From a virus (taxonomy: Duplodnaviria > Caudoviricetes), in IMG/VR virus record IMGVR_UViG_3300030106_002604, positions 1 through 55,909 of that record: a stretch of DNA of 55,909 nt; one strand, written 5' to 3'. Position 1 is the first letter of the stretch; every line of letters begins with the position of its first letter. The position numbers and the translations under genes are program-made. Positions 44,832 to 55,455 of the stretch are shown piece after piece. A model generated the notes under the pieces. That model saw nothing but the letters and a program-made list of their open reading frames with translations. It was not told the origin of the DNA and did no database searches.

Positions 44832-47800
44832 ATGAACGGAGATCAAAACATAAGTACTTTAGGTACGACTCTAGAACAAACTTATTCAGCGCTAGAAGGC
44901 AAGTATGAGCCACAAAAAATTGTTGAGCTTATGACTTCAGTTGGTTTTGAAGGGCAAGATGTTGTTAATTTTGTTAACAACAAATATGAAGAGGAAAGGA
45001 TTAGACAGTTAGAAGAGCTAGAAAATCAACAGAAACTAATGGAAGAGCAGAGAGCTCTGTACGACTCCTTAAAAAAAAAAGATGGTGCATCAGAACTAGG
45101 TGGGGAACCTTCTGGTTTGCCGCAGGATGGTATGGCGCCTCAAGAAGTTCAGGAGCAGAAAAAACAAGAGGAACAAGCGAAGATTAAAGAGGAAGATGCT
45201 GTAGGTATTTCAGATATTAATGTACCTGAGCTAGTTGCTGACCCAAATGTATTCATTGAAACAGAGGCTATTAGAGGGGAGCTTGACGAACCAAATGTAA
45301 CTCAATTCAAACAAGACCTATATGAAAACAGGTCTGATCTTATTAAAGAATTAGACGATCAACATCAGACAGCTTTTGATGCGGTAGGTATTAATAATTC
45401 TTTAACTGAGTTAAAAAAAATTTCAAATGAAATACTTTCGGGTGATGGAGTTATTGGTCTTCAAGATCCTGAATTTAATAAAGTAACAGAAAATTTAAAA
45501 TACCTTCAGTCTAAAGGTCTTTTAACAGACATACAAATTAGAGACGAAAAGAGCGTTCCAGTTTATAGCGAAGTTAATTTTGAAAATATTATTGAGTCTA
45601 TTGATGCCGCTTTACCTGAAAATATTTCAAACATATCTGGCATTCTTGATAGAGCTAATAACTTTAACGAAAGTATAGGTAGTGAGATAAGATACAAAAC
45701 AGATAGTGATATTGATTTAAACCTATACTTGCAGTCTGCCTTTGATTATAGACAAGCTGAAGAGGAAGATATAGAAAATCAAGTAGCGAGTTTTTTATCT
45801 ACATTTAGTGGAGAAGAAATAGAAGACTATAATAAAGGGACAGCTTTAAAAGTGCCTTTTTTTGGAAAGATTGTTGCTGATGCTATTGATGATATTCGTA
45901 TTAGTTCTGTAGGTGTTGGTCAGTTTCTTGTAAATACATCTAGAGGCATGTATTCAGTTCCTTTTGAAGCAGGAGAAAATGTTGTTTCTGAAATGTTAGG
46001 TGAAAGTTTTGATCGTCTAGAAAGAAGAAAAGAAGAAAGAAGTCGTAGGCAAAGGGAATTGTTTAATATAACAGATGAGTTTGGAGCCCTATCTATGAGA
46101 GAAAAAATTATAGAGGGTTTTGTAAATGATGATATTTCTGCTGGTGAAGTTTTTGCTGGAGTATATACAGACGTTCAAAGAGACGTTGGATCTGCTATTA
46201 AGTCTATAGCTGAATTTTATATAGGTAAGGGAGTCCCTCTTGCGGTAGATGTTGCGGGTAGTAATTATGCTTACAATGAAAAGTACAACCCTCATATTAG
46301 TCACACGGAAAATACAATTACTTCTATATTAAAAGGTGGTGTTGAGATAGCAATGAATAAAGCTCTTACAAGGGTTGGCATTGGTGCTGAAGCAGCTGCA
46401 GGTAAGATAGGATCTAAAATTAAAGGTAGGTTTAGTAAAAAATCTGCGCTAGATAATGCTAAAAAAGAACTTAAAAACTCTGTAAAAAAAGTAAAAAATC
46501 AGAATCTTATTCAGGGTGTTGCTGGAGAGTTTGTAGAAGAGGCTATTGTAGAGCTTACTGGTCAGGTAATTGATAAGTCAGGAGATTTAATTACTGGTAG
46601 AGATGCAAGAGATATAAATATATACGAGATAGTAGATGCTGGTTTATCTGGAGCTATAGGAGGTGCTCCGATAATTGGTATAAGCAATATAGGTCATAGC
46701 AGAAAATTAAAAGAAAGACAAATTTATGTAGAGGCTATAGGCAGGCTGAAGAAGGAGTATAGGGAAGAAACAAACCCTAAATTAAAAGAAGTAAAAAAAC
46801 AAGAACTTATCAAAGCGATGGTAGATATGCAGGTTATATCTACGGAAGAACAAGCTTTATATGATACTTTAAACGAAGAGGAACAGGATACTGTATTAGG
46901 GCTGAATCAAGAGCTATCTAGAATACGAGAGATCGTAGCCAGAGGTAAGTACTGGACAGGAGAGAAAGCAACTAAAGAAGAAATAAAATCTTTAGAAAAA
47001 AGATTTGCTTCTATTCTAAAGCAGAAAAAATCTATTGAAGATGTAGCCATCAAAAGGGCTGAAGATAGAGCGTCAGAAAAAACTGAAGTTGCTCCTGATG
47101 CAACCAATAAAGAAGCATCAGCTAAAACAAAAACAGAAAGTAAAAAGGACGCAGCAGAAAGAGCTAAAACTCCTGCAGCTACAGAAGGTGAACAACTTAG
47201 TTTGTTCGATGATGTAAGCGAGCTTGAGAACTACGACGAAACAAAAGAAACAGAAGTAATACCAGAGCAAAAAACAGAGGAGGTTGAGAAAGAAAGTGTA
47301 GACTCTAAAGAAGAAGTAGAGGGTTCTTCGTTTGATATAAACTCTGAGGACGTAGAAAACATTATAGAAGATACAGAAAATGTAGGAGACGGTAAAGGTA
47401 AAATGAAGTTATCAGTAGCCGCTGCTATAAAAAGATTCTTTACCTCTGACGCTGTTAAGCAGAGAGTTAAAAAGGTAAAGTACTTTAAGACTTACGAGGA
47501 CATGGCTAGCTACAATCCAGAGGTAGCACGTATGATGAAAGAAGCTGAAAAAGATGGTAATGTAGTTGCAGGTTATTTTGATCCTTCTACTGGAACTATT
47601 CTTTTAAATGAATTTAGTGATACCTCTGATATAGCGGAAGAAGTTTTATCTCACGGATTGCTTATAGATGTTATAGGTAAAGAGTCTTCAGAAAGAACTA
47701 GGTTATTTAATGAGTTAAAAAAATTAGCTGAAACAAATAAAAAAGTTGCGCAGCTTATAAAAGATGTTGAAGATAATCCAGTTTATAAAGAGCAAGGTCA

Positions 47801-50800
47801 AGAGGCTATTGAGGAAGAGGCTGTCGGTAAGTTCTTTACACAGTATGCTGCGAATCCAGCTGCTTTTGATAGCCGTGTTAAACGTGCTATTATTGATTTA
47901 TTAAATAAGATATCTCAAGCGTTTGGAGGTCCAGCAAACGCAATCAATAGTGAGGACAGCCTACTTCAAATGGCTAGAAAATATGAAGCAGCATATAGAG
48001 GTGTAGAAACTACAGTTGATGTACAACAAAAGACTGAAGAAGACATAGCTGAAGAGAAGACTGACGAGGGTAGGTTCTCTATAAAAAGAAAAAAAGAATT
48101 TACATATTTAAAAGACACAGAGCTGTTCTATACGGATTCTGAATATAGAATGTCTGAATTTACTGGTGAAGATAGATTGGTTAGCAGTAAGGAAAAGTCT
48201 GTAAAAGTAAATGACTACTTCCACTACAGAAACTTGTGGGCTAAACTTACTGGTAATGGTAAAGAGCTTGGTAGGATGGAGAATGTATTTTTTATTAAGG
48301 ATGGTAAGAGATACAATGTTAAACCACCTAAACCTAAAACAGACAGAGATGGCAATATAATAAACATGCGTACTCAACCCACTATAATTCAAAGAGTTGT
48401 TCAATCTAGGTTGAGGGAAAAGGAGTTATATACTGAGTTGAGACTTCAAGTTATAAGTGCAGAGAATGACATGTTTGATTTATGGGAATCTTCTGGCCTC
48501 TCTAGTTTTACTAATGCTAGCAACTTCAAACCAGACATTGAAGAGGGGTCTATTAAGCCTACACTGGAAAGAAAGTTAGAGGCTGCTGTAATAGCTATGA
48601 AGAATATTCAAGCACTTATAGATATGGGTGTGACAAAAGAAGACTTAGAACCTTTAAGATCAGGTAGATTTGGAGTGATATCTAAAATTGATCACCCTGA
48701 GCTCTTCAATGCTAGTGGTTTAAAAATATTTCCAGACAACACAATAGATGGTGCTGAGCCAACAACAGGCAGATTCTCTATAAAGGAAAGACCAGCAGAT
48801 ATATTAACACCAGCTCAAGAGGATGCTATAAATTCTAGAGAGGGTGCTATGGTTGTTTCTATTACGGCATTTGAAGGCAAGCCTGCGCTAGTTATAGGGT
48901 ATGATTCCTCAAACACAGATCAATCTGGTGTTAGAACATTAGAAGGAACTGCAGATGTAATATCACATAGAAACGCATCAAGTGCTGGAACAAGTGAATC
49001 TCTAATATCAGGACTTATGTCTAAGGAGATAGAGAATAATAAAATGCAAGAAGGAGACTCTGGAACTGTAGTTATTGCTTTTACAACTCAAGGATCAAAA
49101 AGTCTTGCAGGTAATCCTTACATATTTGATCAGGAAGGTAAGAGTCTTGTAGAAACTGTTGCTAATCTAGATCAAAATACTCAATCAAAAGTTATAGAAT
49201 CTATAAATGAAAGTTTAGCAATTAAAAAAGGTGAGAGAACTCAAATAACAACAACTAAAAAAGGAAAGGGTACAGTAAAAAAACTTACACTTAAAAGCAG
49301 AGCTGTTAGAGTTTTACGTCAGTCAAGTGCCATTCGAGACAATGAAGACTTTAGAATTAGAATCATTGATGACAATAGAGCTTACAGAGAGGGAGGTAGA
49401 ACCACTGGAGTTCAGCTAGAAAATATACAGGATTTAAAAACACTAATGTCTGCACTAGCATCTAAGACCTTAGAGGAAGAAACTGATGAAGCTAACGATA
49501 CTTCTTTTCAGTTTAGAACTGAAATTTTAGATGTAATACTAAGTGAAGAAACAAGAAGCATTTTATCAGATGCGGGTGTTACTAGATATAATCAGTCTGT
49601 AGAAAGCATGATTACTGAACAGTATGCAGATAACGAAATAGTAAACTCTAAGTCTGGTGCTATAGTTGCGGTGAAGGAGGTTCCTTTTGTTGTGGGTAAA
49701 AACAGGAGGCCTACGAAGGATAGCATAGTCAGATATGATAGACCTAATCCTAACGAGGCTTTTAGCTACAAACTAAGCAGCCCTCTAATTAAAGAGGCTT
49801 TATCTAAAAAAAACAAAGGAGAAGCACTAGACAGCTTTGAGCAGAAAGCTGGTTTACTCTTATATGTTAAGGAGCAAGCTCTTCTTGAAGATGCCATGAC
49901 CGATGTTAAAAAAGGAGAAAGTGGTCAGGTAGCAAGAGCTGCTACTATGCAGAGATTTGAAACAACTTTAGAAATAACCTCTGAAAATCAAGATACTGGA
50001 AGAGGATCTATAAGAAGAGATCCTAGAATTAAAAGAGTTAGAACAGATGTTGGAGAGTTCAACCTCAAAGACATGAGTAGGTTCCAACAAATAAGAAACT
50101 TCTTTTTAAGAAAGTTTGTAAGAAAGTATGAGAACATATATAGAATACAAGATGAAATAAGAAAAGGTTTAGATGGCTCTTTACCTGAGTCTCAAGACTT
50201 TAGAATGGCTGAAACTTTAATGTATGGTAAAGCTGCTAATGCTTTAGAAAAACTAGAAGAAAGGGTGGATGCCATAACAGCATTAATAAAAGAAAAAAAT
50301 CTTTCTATAGAGGAGGTTGAAAATTACATGTACGCTTTGCACGCAGCTGAACGTAATGCTGTGATACAAGATCGTGATGGTAAGGATGAAGGTAGTGGTA
50401 TGTCTAATGAAGAAGCTAAACAAATTTTAGACGAAGTTGAGGAGTCAGGTAAAACAAACGATATTCAGGAGGTTGTTTCTTTAATTAGAGAGATACAACA
50501 GGATACAAGAGATACAATGGTTAAGTTTGGACTTGAGTCTCAAGAGACTGTAGATGTGTTCCAAAATCAATTTGAGTTTTACGTACCTCTTGGTGGTATA
50601 GCTACTGATCAGCCAGACTCTGCAAAAAATCCATACCCTACTGGTGGGGCTGGAATGCACGTTGAAGGTCAAACATTTAAAAGGGCTGAAGGTAGAAAAA
50701 CAAAAGCGCCTAATATACTAGCACAAATAATATCTCAAAACTCCGCTGTTCACATTAAAGCTAGAACAAACGAAGCTTTACAGCCTTTGTATAATTTGGT

Positions 50801-52709
50801 AAAAAACAATCCAGTAGAAGATTCTAAAGGTAAACCAGTATGGTATATTGTTCAGAAGCCAAAAGAGAAAGACCCTCACGTTGTAGGAGTTAGAGTAGAT
50901 GGAGTTCAAAAGTTTATAAGATTTAAAGATCCTAGTTATGCTGAGGCTCTAAAAGGCATGGGTATGCAGCAAACAAACACATTTGTTAAAATGCTTAGAG
51001 TGCCTAACGCTTGGTTAAGAGCTTCGTTTACATCTCTATCTCCTGAGTTTATTATTACAAACTTTGCTAGAGATATTCAAGCTGCTATTATTAATGCTGC
51101 CGCAGAAACAGACAGAGAGGACAGCAGGATAAACGGTGAGAAAATACACAAAGATTTAAGAAAACTTGTAATGCCAGTTCTTAAGTCTTTAGGTAAACAA
51201 GCAATAGGCAAAGAGGATAAAATGGATCCTGTAATTAGAAGGTATTACAATGAGTTTAAAGAGGATGGTGGTAAAACTGGATGGGCATACACTAAAGATC
51301 TTCAAAGAATAGCTGCAAGTTTAGAAGCAGATTCTAAAGAAAAGTCCAAGATGCAGAATGTGTTTGGAAAACTTAATAACTTTAAGACAGCTATAGAAAA
51401 TATAAATGATTCTGTTGAAAACAGCATACGTTTAGCTGCTTATATAGCTGCTAGACAGGCTGGTGTGTCTAGAGAAAAAGCTGCTGAGTTTGGTAAAAAT
51501 GTTACTGTAAACTTTAATCAGCATGGAGAGTGGGGTCAAACCTTAAATGGCATATATTTATTCTTTAACGCTTCTATACAAGCCACTTCAGTTTTTGCTC
51601 GGAGTATGTTATTCCTTAAACCTAAGGTTGATCCTGAAGGATATCAAAGAAACTTTATAGAAAGAGTTAACGGAGCTCAAAAGATGGCGTTTGGTTTCGC
51701 TGTCTTTGGAGGTATGCTTACTCTACTAAATAGAGCAACGTCTGATGAGGATGAAGATGGAGTTTTATTTTACGATAAAATTCCAGACTACATAAAAGAA
51801 AGGAACATTATTATTATGAGACCTGATGGTAAAAACTATTTTAAGATTCCTTTGCCATATGGCTACAGCTTATTCCATACGGTTGGGGTTACAGCTACCG
51901 AGTATGCTGGTGGAGGTAGAACTTTTGCTGAGTCTACTCTGTTTATGGCTCATTCTTTTATAAATGCGTTTGTACCTATTTCGTTTGGGCAAGCTAAAGA
52001 CTTAACAACAAAAACATTTAAGGCTGCACTCCCAACAGTTACTAAGCCAGCCATGGACATAGCAACGAATACCACTTACTTTGGCTCTCCTGTAACAGGC
52101 GAACAGATATCTTTTAATGAAGTCCCTGAATCTGAGCTAGCGTTTAGATCTCCTAAAGCTGTTCAAGATTTTTTTAAGTGGATGAATGAAGCCACAGGAG
52201 GCTCTCCTGTAGACTCTGGATCTATAGATCTAAACCCTGACAAGGCTTGGTATTATTTAGAATACTTTTTAGGTGGTACTGGCAGGTTTTTACAAAGAGG
52301 TTTAATAACACTGCCATTAAAACTGAAAGCGAAAGCTGAAGATAACGATTATAAGTTTGAGGCAAACGATATAATATTTTTAAGAGCATTGTATGGTGAG
52401 CCTTCTAAATTCTATGATGTAAATAAATACAACGAAAACGCAAGAAAGATTCAGGTGTTGTTTAAAGAGATAAAAGATCCTAGCGTAAGGCCATCTAGTC
52501 CAGCTGAAGGAAGATACAAAAACGTATCTACTCTTGAGCAAGTGAGAAAAGACATAGAGAAAAAGTTAAAGATGCTTAGAGCGGCAGAGAGAGAAGCTAG
52601 AAAGATAGAAGACTTTACTGAAAGAGGAGTAAGGATTCAAGAAATAAGAAATAAAAAGAATAAACTTTACATGCAGTTTAATAAACTGTATGATCAATAC
52701 AGAAAATAA
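44832..52709 (+). CDS. Large polyvalent/ejection protein with LPD38-like C-terminus (2625 aa)
   Basis: PEFIITNFARD, TVNFNQHG, YLFFNASIQ, KIPLPYGY; degenerate zincin motif EEVLSH. Confidence 0.75.
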   Translation: MNGDQNISTLGTTLEQTYSALEGKYEPQKIVELMTSVGFEGQDVVNFVNNKYEEERIRQLEELENQQKLMEEQRALYDSLKKKDGASELGGEPSGLPQDGMAPQEVQEQKKQEEQAKIKEEDAVGISDINVPELVADPNVFIETEAIRGELDEPNVTQFKQDLYENRSDLIKELDDQHQTAFDAVGINNSLTELKKISNEILSGDGVIGLQDPEFNKVTENLKYLQSKGLLTDIQIRDEKSVPVYSEVNFENIIESIDAALPENISNISGILDRANNFNESIGSEIRYKTDSDIDLNLYLQSAFDYRQAEEEDIENQVASFLSTFSGEEIEDYNKGTALKVPFFGKIVADAIDDIRISSVGVGQFLVNTSRGMYSVPFEAGENVVSEMLGESFDRLERRKEERSRRQRELFNITDEFGALSMREKIIEGFVNDDISAGEVFAGVYTDVQRDVGSAIKSIAEFYIGKGVPLAVDVAGSNYAYNEKYNPHISHTENTITSILKGGVEIAMNKALTRVGIGAEAAAGKIGSKIKGRFSKKSALDNAKKELKNSVKKVKNQNLIQGVAGEFVEEAIVELTGQVIDKSGDLITGRDARDINIYEIVDAGLSGAIGGAPIIGISNIGHSRKLKERQIYVEAIGRLKKEYREETNPKLKEVKKQELIKAMVDMQVISTEEQALYDTLNEEEQDTVLGLNQELSRIREIVARGKYWTGEKATKEEIKSLEKRFASILKQKKSIEDVAIKRAEDRASEKTEVAPDATNKEASAKTKTESKKDAAERAKTPAATEGEQLSLFDDVSELENYDETKETEVIPEQKTEEVEKESVDSKEEVEGSSFDINSEDVENIIEDTENVGDGKGKMKLSVAAAIKRFFTSDAVKQRVKKVKYFKTYEDMASYNPEVARMMKEAEKDGNVVAGYFDPSTGTILLNEFSDTSDIAEEVLSHGLLIDVIGKESSERTRLFNELKKLAETNKKVAQLIKDVEDNPVYKEQGQEAIEEEAVGKFFTQYAANPAAFDSRVKRAIIDLLNKISQAFGGPANAINSEDSLLQMARKYEAAYRGVETTVDVQQKTEEDIAEEKTDEGRFSIKRKKEFTYLKDTELFYTDSEYRMSEFTGEDRLVSSKEKSVKVNDYFHYRNLWAKLTGNGKELGRMENVFFIKDGKRYNVKPPKPKTDRDGNIINMRTQPTIIQRVVQSRLREKELYTELRLQVISAENDMFDLWESSGLSSFTNASNFKPDIEEGSIKPTLERKLEAAVIAMKNIQALIDMGVTKEDLEPLRSGRFGVISKIDHPELFNASGLKIFPDNTIDGAEPTTGRFSIKERPADILTPAQEDAINSREGAMVVSITAFEGKPALVIGYDSSNTDQSGVRTLEGTADVISHRNASSAGTSESLISGLMSKEIENNKMQEGDSGTVVIAFTTQGSKSLAGNPYIFDQEGKSLVETVANLDQNTQSKVIESINESLAIKKGERTQITTTKKGKGTVKKLTLKSRAVRVLRQSSAIRDNEDFRIRIIDDNRAYREGGRTTGVQLENIQDLKTLMSALASKTLEEETDEANDTSFQFRTEILDVILSEETRSILSDAGVTRYNQSVESMITEQYADNEIVNSKSGAIVAVKEVPFVVGKNRRPTKDSIVRYDRPNPNEAFSYKLSSPLIKEALSKKNKGEALDSFEQKAGLLLYVKEQALLEDAMTDVKKGESGQVARAATMQRFETTLEITSENQDTGRGSIRRDPRIKRVRTDVGEFNLKDMSRFQQIRNFFLRKFVRKYENIYRIQDEIRKGLDGSLPESQDFRMAETLMYGKAANALEKLEERVDAITALIKEKNLSIEEVENYMYALHAAERNAVIQDRDGKDEGSGMSNEEAKQILDEVEESGKTNDIQEVVSLIREIQQDTRDTMVKFGLESQETVDVFQNQFEFYVPLGGIATDQPDSAKNPYPTGGAGMHVEGQTFKRAEGRKTKAPNILAQIISQNSAVHIKARTNEALQPLYNLVKNNPVEDSKGKPVWYIVQKPKEKDPHVVGVRVDGVQKFIRFKDPSYAEALKGMGMQQTNTFVKMLRVPNAWLRASFTSLSPEFIITNFARDIQAAIINAAAETDREDSRINGEKIHKDLRKLVMPVLKSLGKQAIGKEDKMDPVIRRYYNEFKEDGGKTGWAYTKDLQRIAASLEADSKEKSKMQNVFGKLNNFKTAIENINDSVENSIRLAAYIAARQAGVSREKAAEFGKNVTVNFNQHGEWGQTLNGIYLFFNASIQATSVFARSMLFLKPKVDPEGYQRNFIERVNGAQKMAFGFAVFGGMLTLLNRATSDEDEDGVLFYDKIPDYIKERNIIIMRPDGKNYFKIPLPYGYSLFHTVGVTATEYAGGGRTFAESTLFMAHSFINAFVPISFGQAKDLTTKTFKAALPTVTKPAMDIATNTTYFGSPVTGEQISFNEVPESELAFRSPKAVQDFFKWMNEATGGSPVDSGSIDLNPDKAWYYLEYFLGGTGRFLQRGLITLPLKLKAKAEDNDYKFEANDIIFLRALYGEPSKFYDVNKYNENARKIQVLFKEIKDPSVRPSSPAEGRYKNVSTLEQVRKDIEKKLKMLRAAEREARKIEDFTERGVRIQEIRNKKNKLYMQFNKLYDQYRK

Positions 52710-53146
52710 TGAGTAAGAAAAAAATTAAAGACACCAAGCTTGGATCTTGGTTAGCAGAAAAAGCACCACAAGTGTTGGGTGTTGTTGGAGATTTACTTCC
52801 AGATAGCGGAGGTTTAGGTGTAGTTAAGAACCTTATAGATAAAGATGATACTGTAGACTCTGGAGAAGCTCAACAGCAGATTGATGCTGAGGTAAGATTT
52901 CAAGAGAATGTAACAGAGCGTTGGAAAGCTGACATGGGTAGCGACGTAAAGTTAGCCAAGCTTATACGCCCTGTTACACTTATATGTTTGATGGCTATGT
53001 TTATGATCACCATGATGATTGACAGCATGGATAATATAGCATTCAATGTTAAAGACTCTTATGTGTCTCTTCTTGAGTTACTTATGCTTACAGCATTTGG
53101 TGCATACTTTGCTGGAAGAACTATCGAGAAGAAGGGGAAGAACTAA
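52709..53146 (+). CDS. Putative holin (3TM family-like)
   Basis: RWKADM.SD..L...IRP, two TM helices, AYFAGRTIEK. Confidence 0.7.
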   Translation: MSKKKIKDTKLGSWLAEKAPQVLGVVGDLLPDSGGLGVVKNLIDKDDTVDSGEAQQQIDAEVRFQENVTERWKADMGSDVKLAKLIRPVTLICLMAMFMITMMIDSMDNIAFNVKDSYVSLLELLMLTAFGAYFAGRTIEKKGKN

Positions 53147-53534
53147 TCCTATCCCTTTCTTCTTTAAGTTGTTGTATTTTTTCCTCATACTGAGATATAC
53201 GCCTGTCTATAACTGATATGTCATAGTCTCTAGCTACGTTGGTCATGTACATTTCACATATACCTTGTGCAGTATTGTACTTCTGAGCGTAACCTTTCCA
53301 ATGAGTCATATTGTTTTCATGGTTTCTAACATAATAACAAACCGTACTTCTGTCTCTACCCAAAACTTTTGATGTGTTTGTGTCAGACATGTAGCCACGT
53401 AGAACAGTTCCAATAGCTGCTCTTACTTGTGTTTGCTCTGGATTTCTTTTATTTGTAGGTTCAATGTTAAGAGCTTTGTAAATTTCTTGGGCAGCTATAG
53501 CTCCCACATTCTGTAGTTGTGTTGACTTTCTCAT
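53121..53534 (-). CDS. DnaA C-terminal-like HTH protein
   Basis: LGRDRSTVCY resembles DnaA GRDHTTV; ATGA overlap with the RNR stop. Confidence 0.6.
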   Translation of the reverse strand: MRKSTQLQNVGAIAAQEIYKALNIEPTNKRNPEQTQVRAAIGTVLRGYMSDTNTSKVLGRDRSTVCYYVRNHENNMTHWKGYAQKYNTAQGICEMYMTNVARDYDISVIDRRISQYEEKIQQLKEERDRISSSPSSR

Positions 53535-55420
53535 CGTACTGGGCATGCGCCTCCTGCGCAATCTTGAATTTCTATATCGTTAATATTTAGTGAATTTAAA
53601 GATGTTATAGGTGTAACCTCTTTGACCATCTTATTGTATGTCTTTTTATCAATAGCTTCTAGAGGAGCTTGATCAAAGCCATGATCGTTGTGAAGTAAAA
53701 AGCTGACACTCTTTACGTTAACGTAATTGTTTTCAAGCCATTCTTTAATAGAGTCTAGCTCTTCCTTTCTGTAATAGATAGTTACAGATACAGCATTGTC
53801 ACTCCACTCTTGTTGAAGTCTTTTAATTACTTCTAGTTGATCAATAGCTGACATCTCATCAGCAAGCATTGTACCTTTAGGGAACTTGCATGGAAAACTA
53901 ACAACCACTGTAGAGTGATCTTCAGTACCATCAAAGTTTCTTACGTACTCTATGCCATACCCATTGTTCCTGCAAACGCTGACAAGCTCGCTATCTGCAG
54001 CCATTCTGATTCTTCTAATGTATTGTTGAGCATATGCGGGGTGAGCGCCTGATGTAACGCCAGCAAGTAAACTAAGCGTTCCAGATGGTTTAACTGTTGT
54101 AAGCTTAATAGATCGTGGAAAACCACAACTCTTTGAGTATTCTTTATCATATTCGCGAAGATATAAATAACAATCCGATAACCAAAATCTTTGTTCTTCA
54201 GTAGCTTGAAGGTATCCAGTAACACCAATACCCATCCTCATGTTCTTGTGAACTATATCTTCAGTCTCTTTTAACGAGCATGGTATTGATAAGCTGTGCT
54301 TATTTATTCTATACAATAATGTTGCCACCTTCTTTAACTCTTCATAACTATCTATGTTTGGCAGAAATATCTCTGCAAGACAGCATGTTTCGTAAGGAGC
54401 TAGTGATTGCTCCGCACACGGATTGAATCCCATTACATCTGGATCAGGGTATTGTACTTCACCTATCCTACCCATACGTCTTGATGCTTCTAGGTTTATC
54501 AAACCATATGGCTCTCCATTACCTTCATAGCCTTGCCAGAACTCATCTGGTAATTCATTAACATCAGAACATATAACAGAGTTATTAGACATAGCCCTCC
54601 AGTTAGGTATACCTCCTAAGTCCCAACGCTTTGCACGTAGATATTCTAGGTCATCGTGATCACCCAACGCAATCTGAGCCGACCTTCTTACATTACCTGC
54701 GACAACAATCTTACCTATTATATTCATGATATCTAAGCAGTCTACAGGTCTTAATCTTTTGCCTGATCTTGTGTTTAGAATGGTGTTTATTTCTTTCATA
54801 CCCCAAACTAAATCCTGAGGACCACTAGCTGTACCGCCGAATCCCTTAATCTTAGACCCCTTAGATCTAATTAAATGAGTTGCGAATGTAAAACCCTCAC
54901 CAGTTATAAATGAAGCCTCTAAAACTCTTCTAAGTAGTTCTACCCAACCTTCTCTTGAGTCAGGAACAATAAAGTCAGCATCATTTACATCATCTCTAAC
55001 AACCTTAACTTTCTTTTTTACTTTAGGTAGCTGATAAACATTCTCTCTTTGTATGTTAAATCCTACACCTGATCCTAGCATAAGCATTTCAAATGCCCAT
55101 GTAAACGGTCTAACAGGTTCGTCCACCACTGTGAATGCACAGTTTTGAAGAGAAGGCAAACCTAATTTGTCTACAGTTTTTGTGCCAAGCTGCCAAAGAA
55201 ATCTACCAGCAACAGTTCCTTTAAGTCCCATCATCATATTCCTGATGTCGTCTTCTTGAGATTTAGTAAAGCCGCATCCCAACTGTTTGTCGCATGCAGA
55301 TATTACTCTTTCAATAGTCTCAGGCCATTCCTCTGTCCTGTCTTTTGTCGGGCGAGAATATGTACGCTTGTAAGTAGCGTAGCCAACCTCACCCCAAGGT
55401 ATATCCTTAGGTGTTGTCAT
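53531..55420 (-). CDS. nrdJ: Class II (B12-dependent) ribonucleotide reductase
   Basis: NCAF, GNVRRSA, NPCAEQ, TTVKPSGT, C-terminal CAGGACP; no beta subunit gene. Confidence 0.9.
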   Translation of the reverse strand: MTTPKDIPWGEVGYATYKRTYSRPTKDRTEEWPETIERVISACDKQLGCGFTKSQEDDIRNMMMGLKGTVAGRFLWQLGTKTVDKLGLPSLQNCAFTVVDEPVRPFTWAFEMLMLGSGVGFNIQRENVYQLPKVKKKVKVVRDDVNDADFIVPDSREGWVELLRRVLEASFITGEGFTFATHLIRSKGSKIKGFGGTASGPQDLVWGMKEINTILNTRSGKRLRPVDCLDIMNIIGKIVVAGNVRRSAQIALGDHDDLEYLRAKRWDLGGIPNWRAMSNNSVICSDVNELPDEFWQGYEGNGEPYGLINLEASRRMGRIGEVQYPDPDVMGFNPCAEQSLAPYETCCLAEIFLPNIDSYEELKKVATLLYRINKHSLSIPCSLKETEDIVHKNMRMGIGVTGYLQATEEQRFWLSDCYLYLREYDKEYSKSCGFPRSIKLTTVKPSGTLSLLAGVTSGAHPAYAQQYIRRIRMAADSELVSVCRNNGYGIEYVRNFDGTEDHSTVVVSFPCKFPKGTMLADEMSAIDQLEVIKRLQQEWSDNAVSVTIYYRKEELDSIKEWLENNYVNVKSVSFLLHNDHGFDQAPLEAIDKKTYNKMVKEVTPITSLNSLNINDIEIQDCAGGACPVR

Positions 55421-55455
55421 TGTTGTAAAAATTTTTGTTTTTAAAAAAAGGGTTG

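Noticed and set aside
11886-50672. Numerous short antisense or alternate-frame ORFs inside long genes
   Set aside because: Shadow frames of coding sequence, with no motifs or expression signals.
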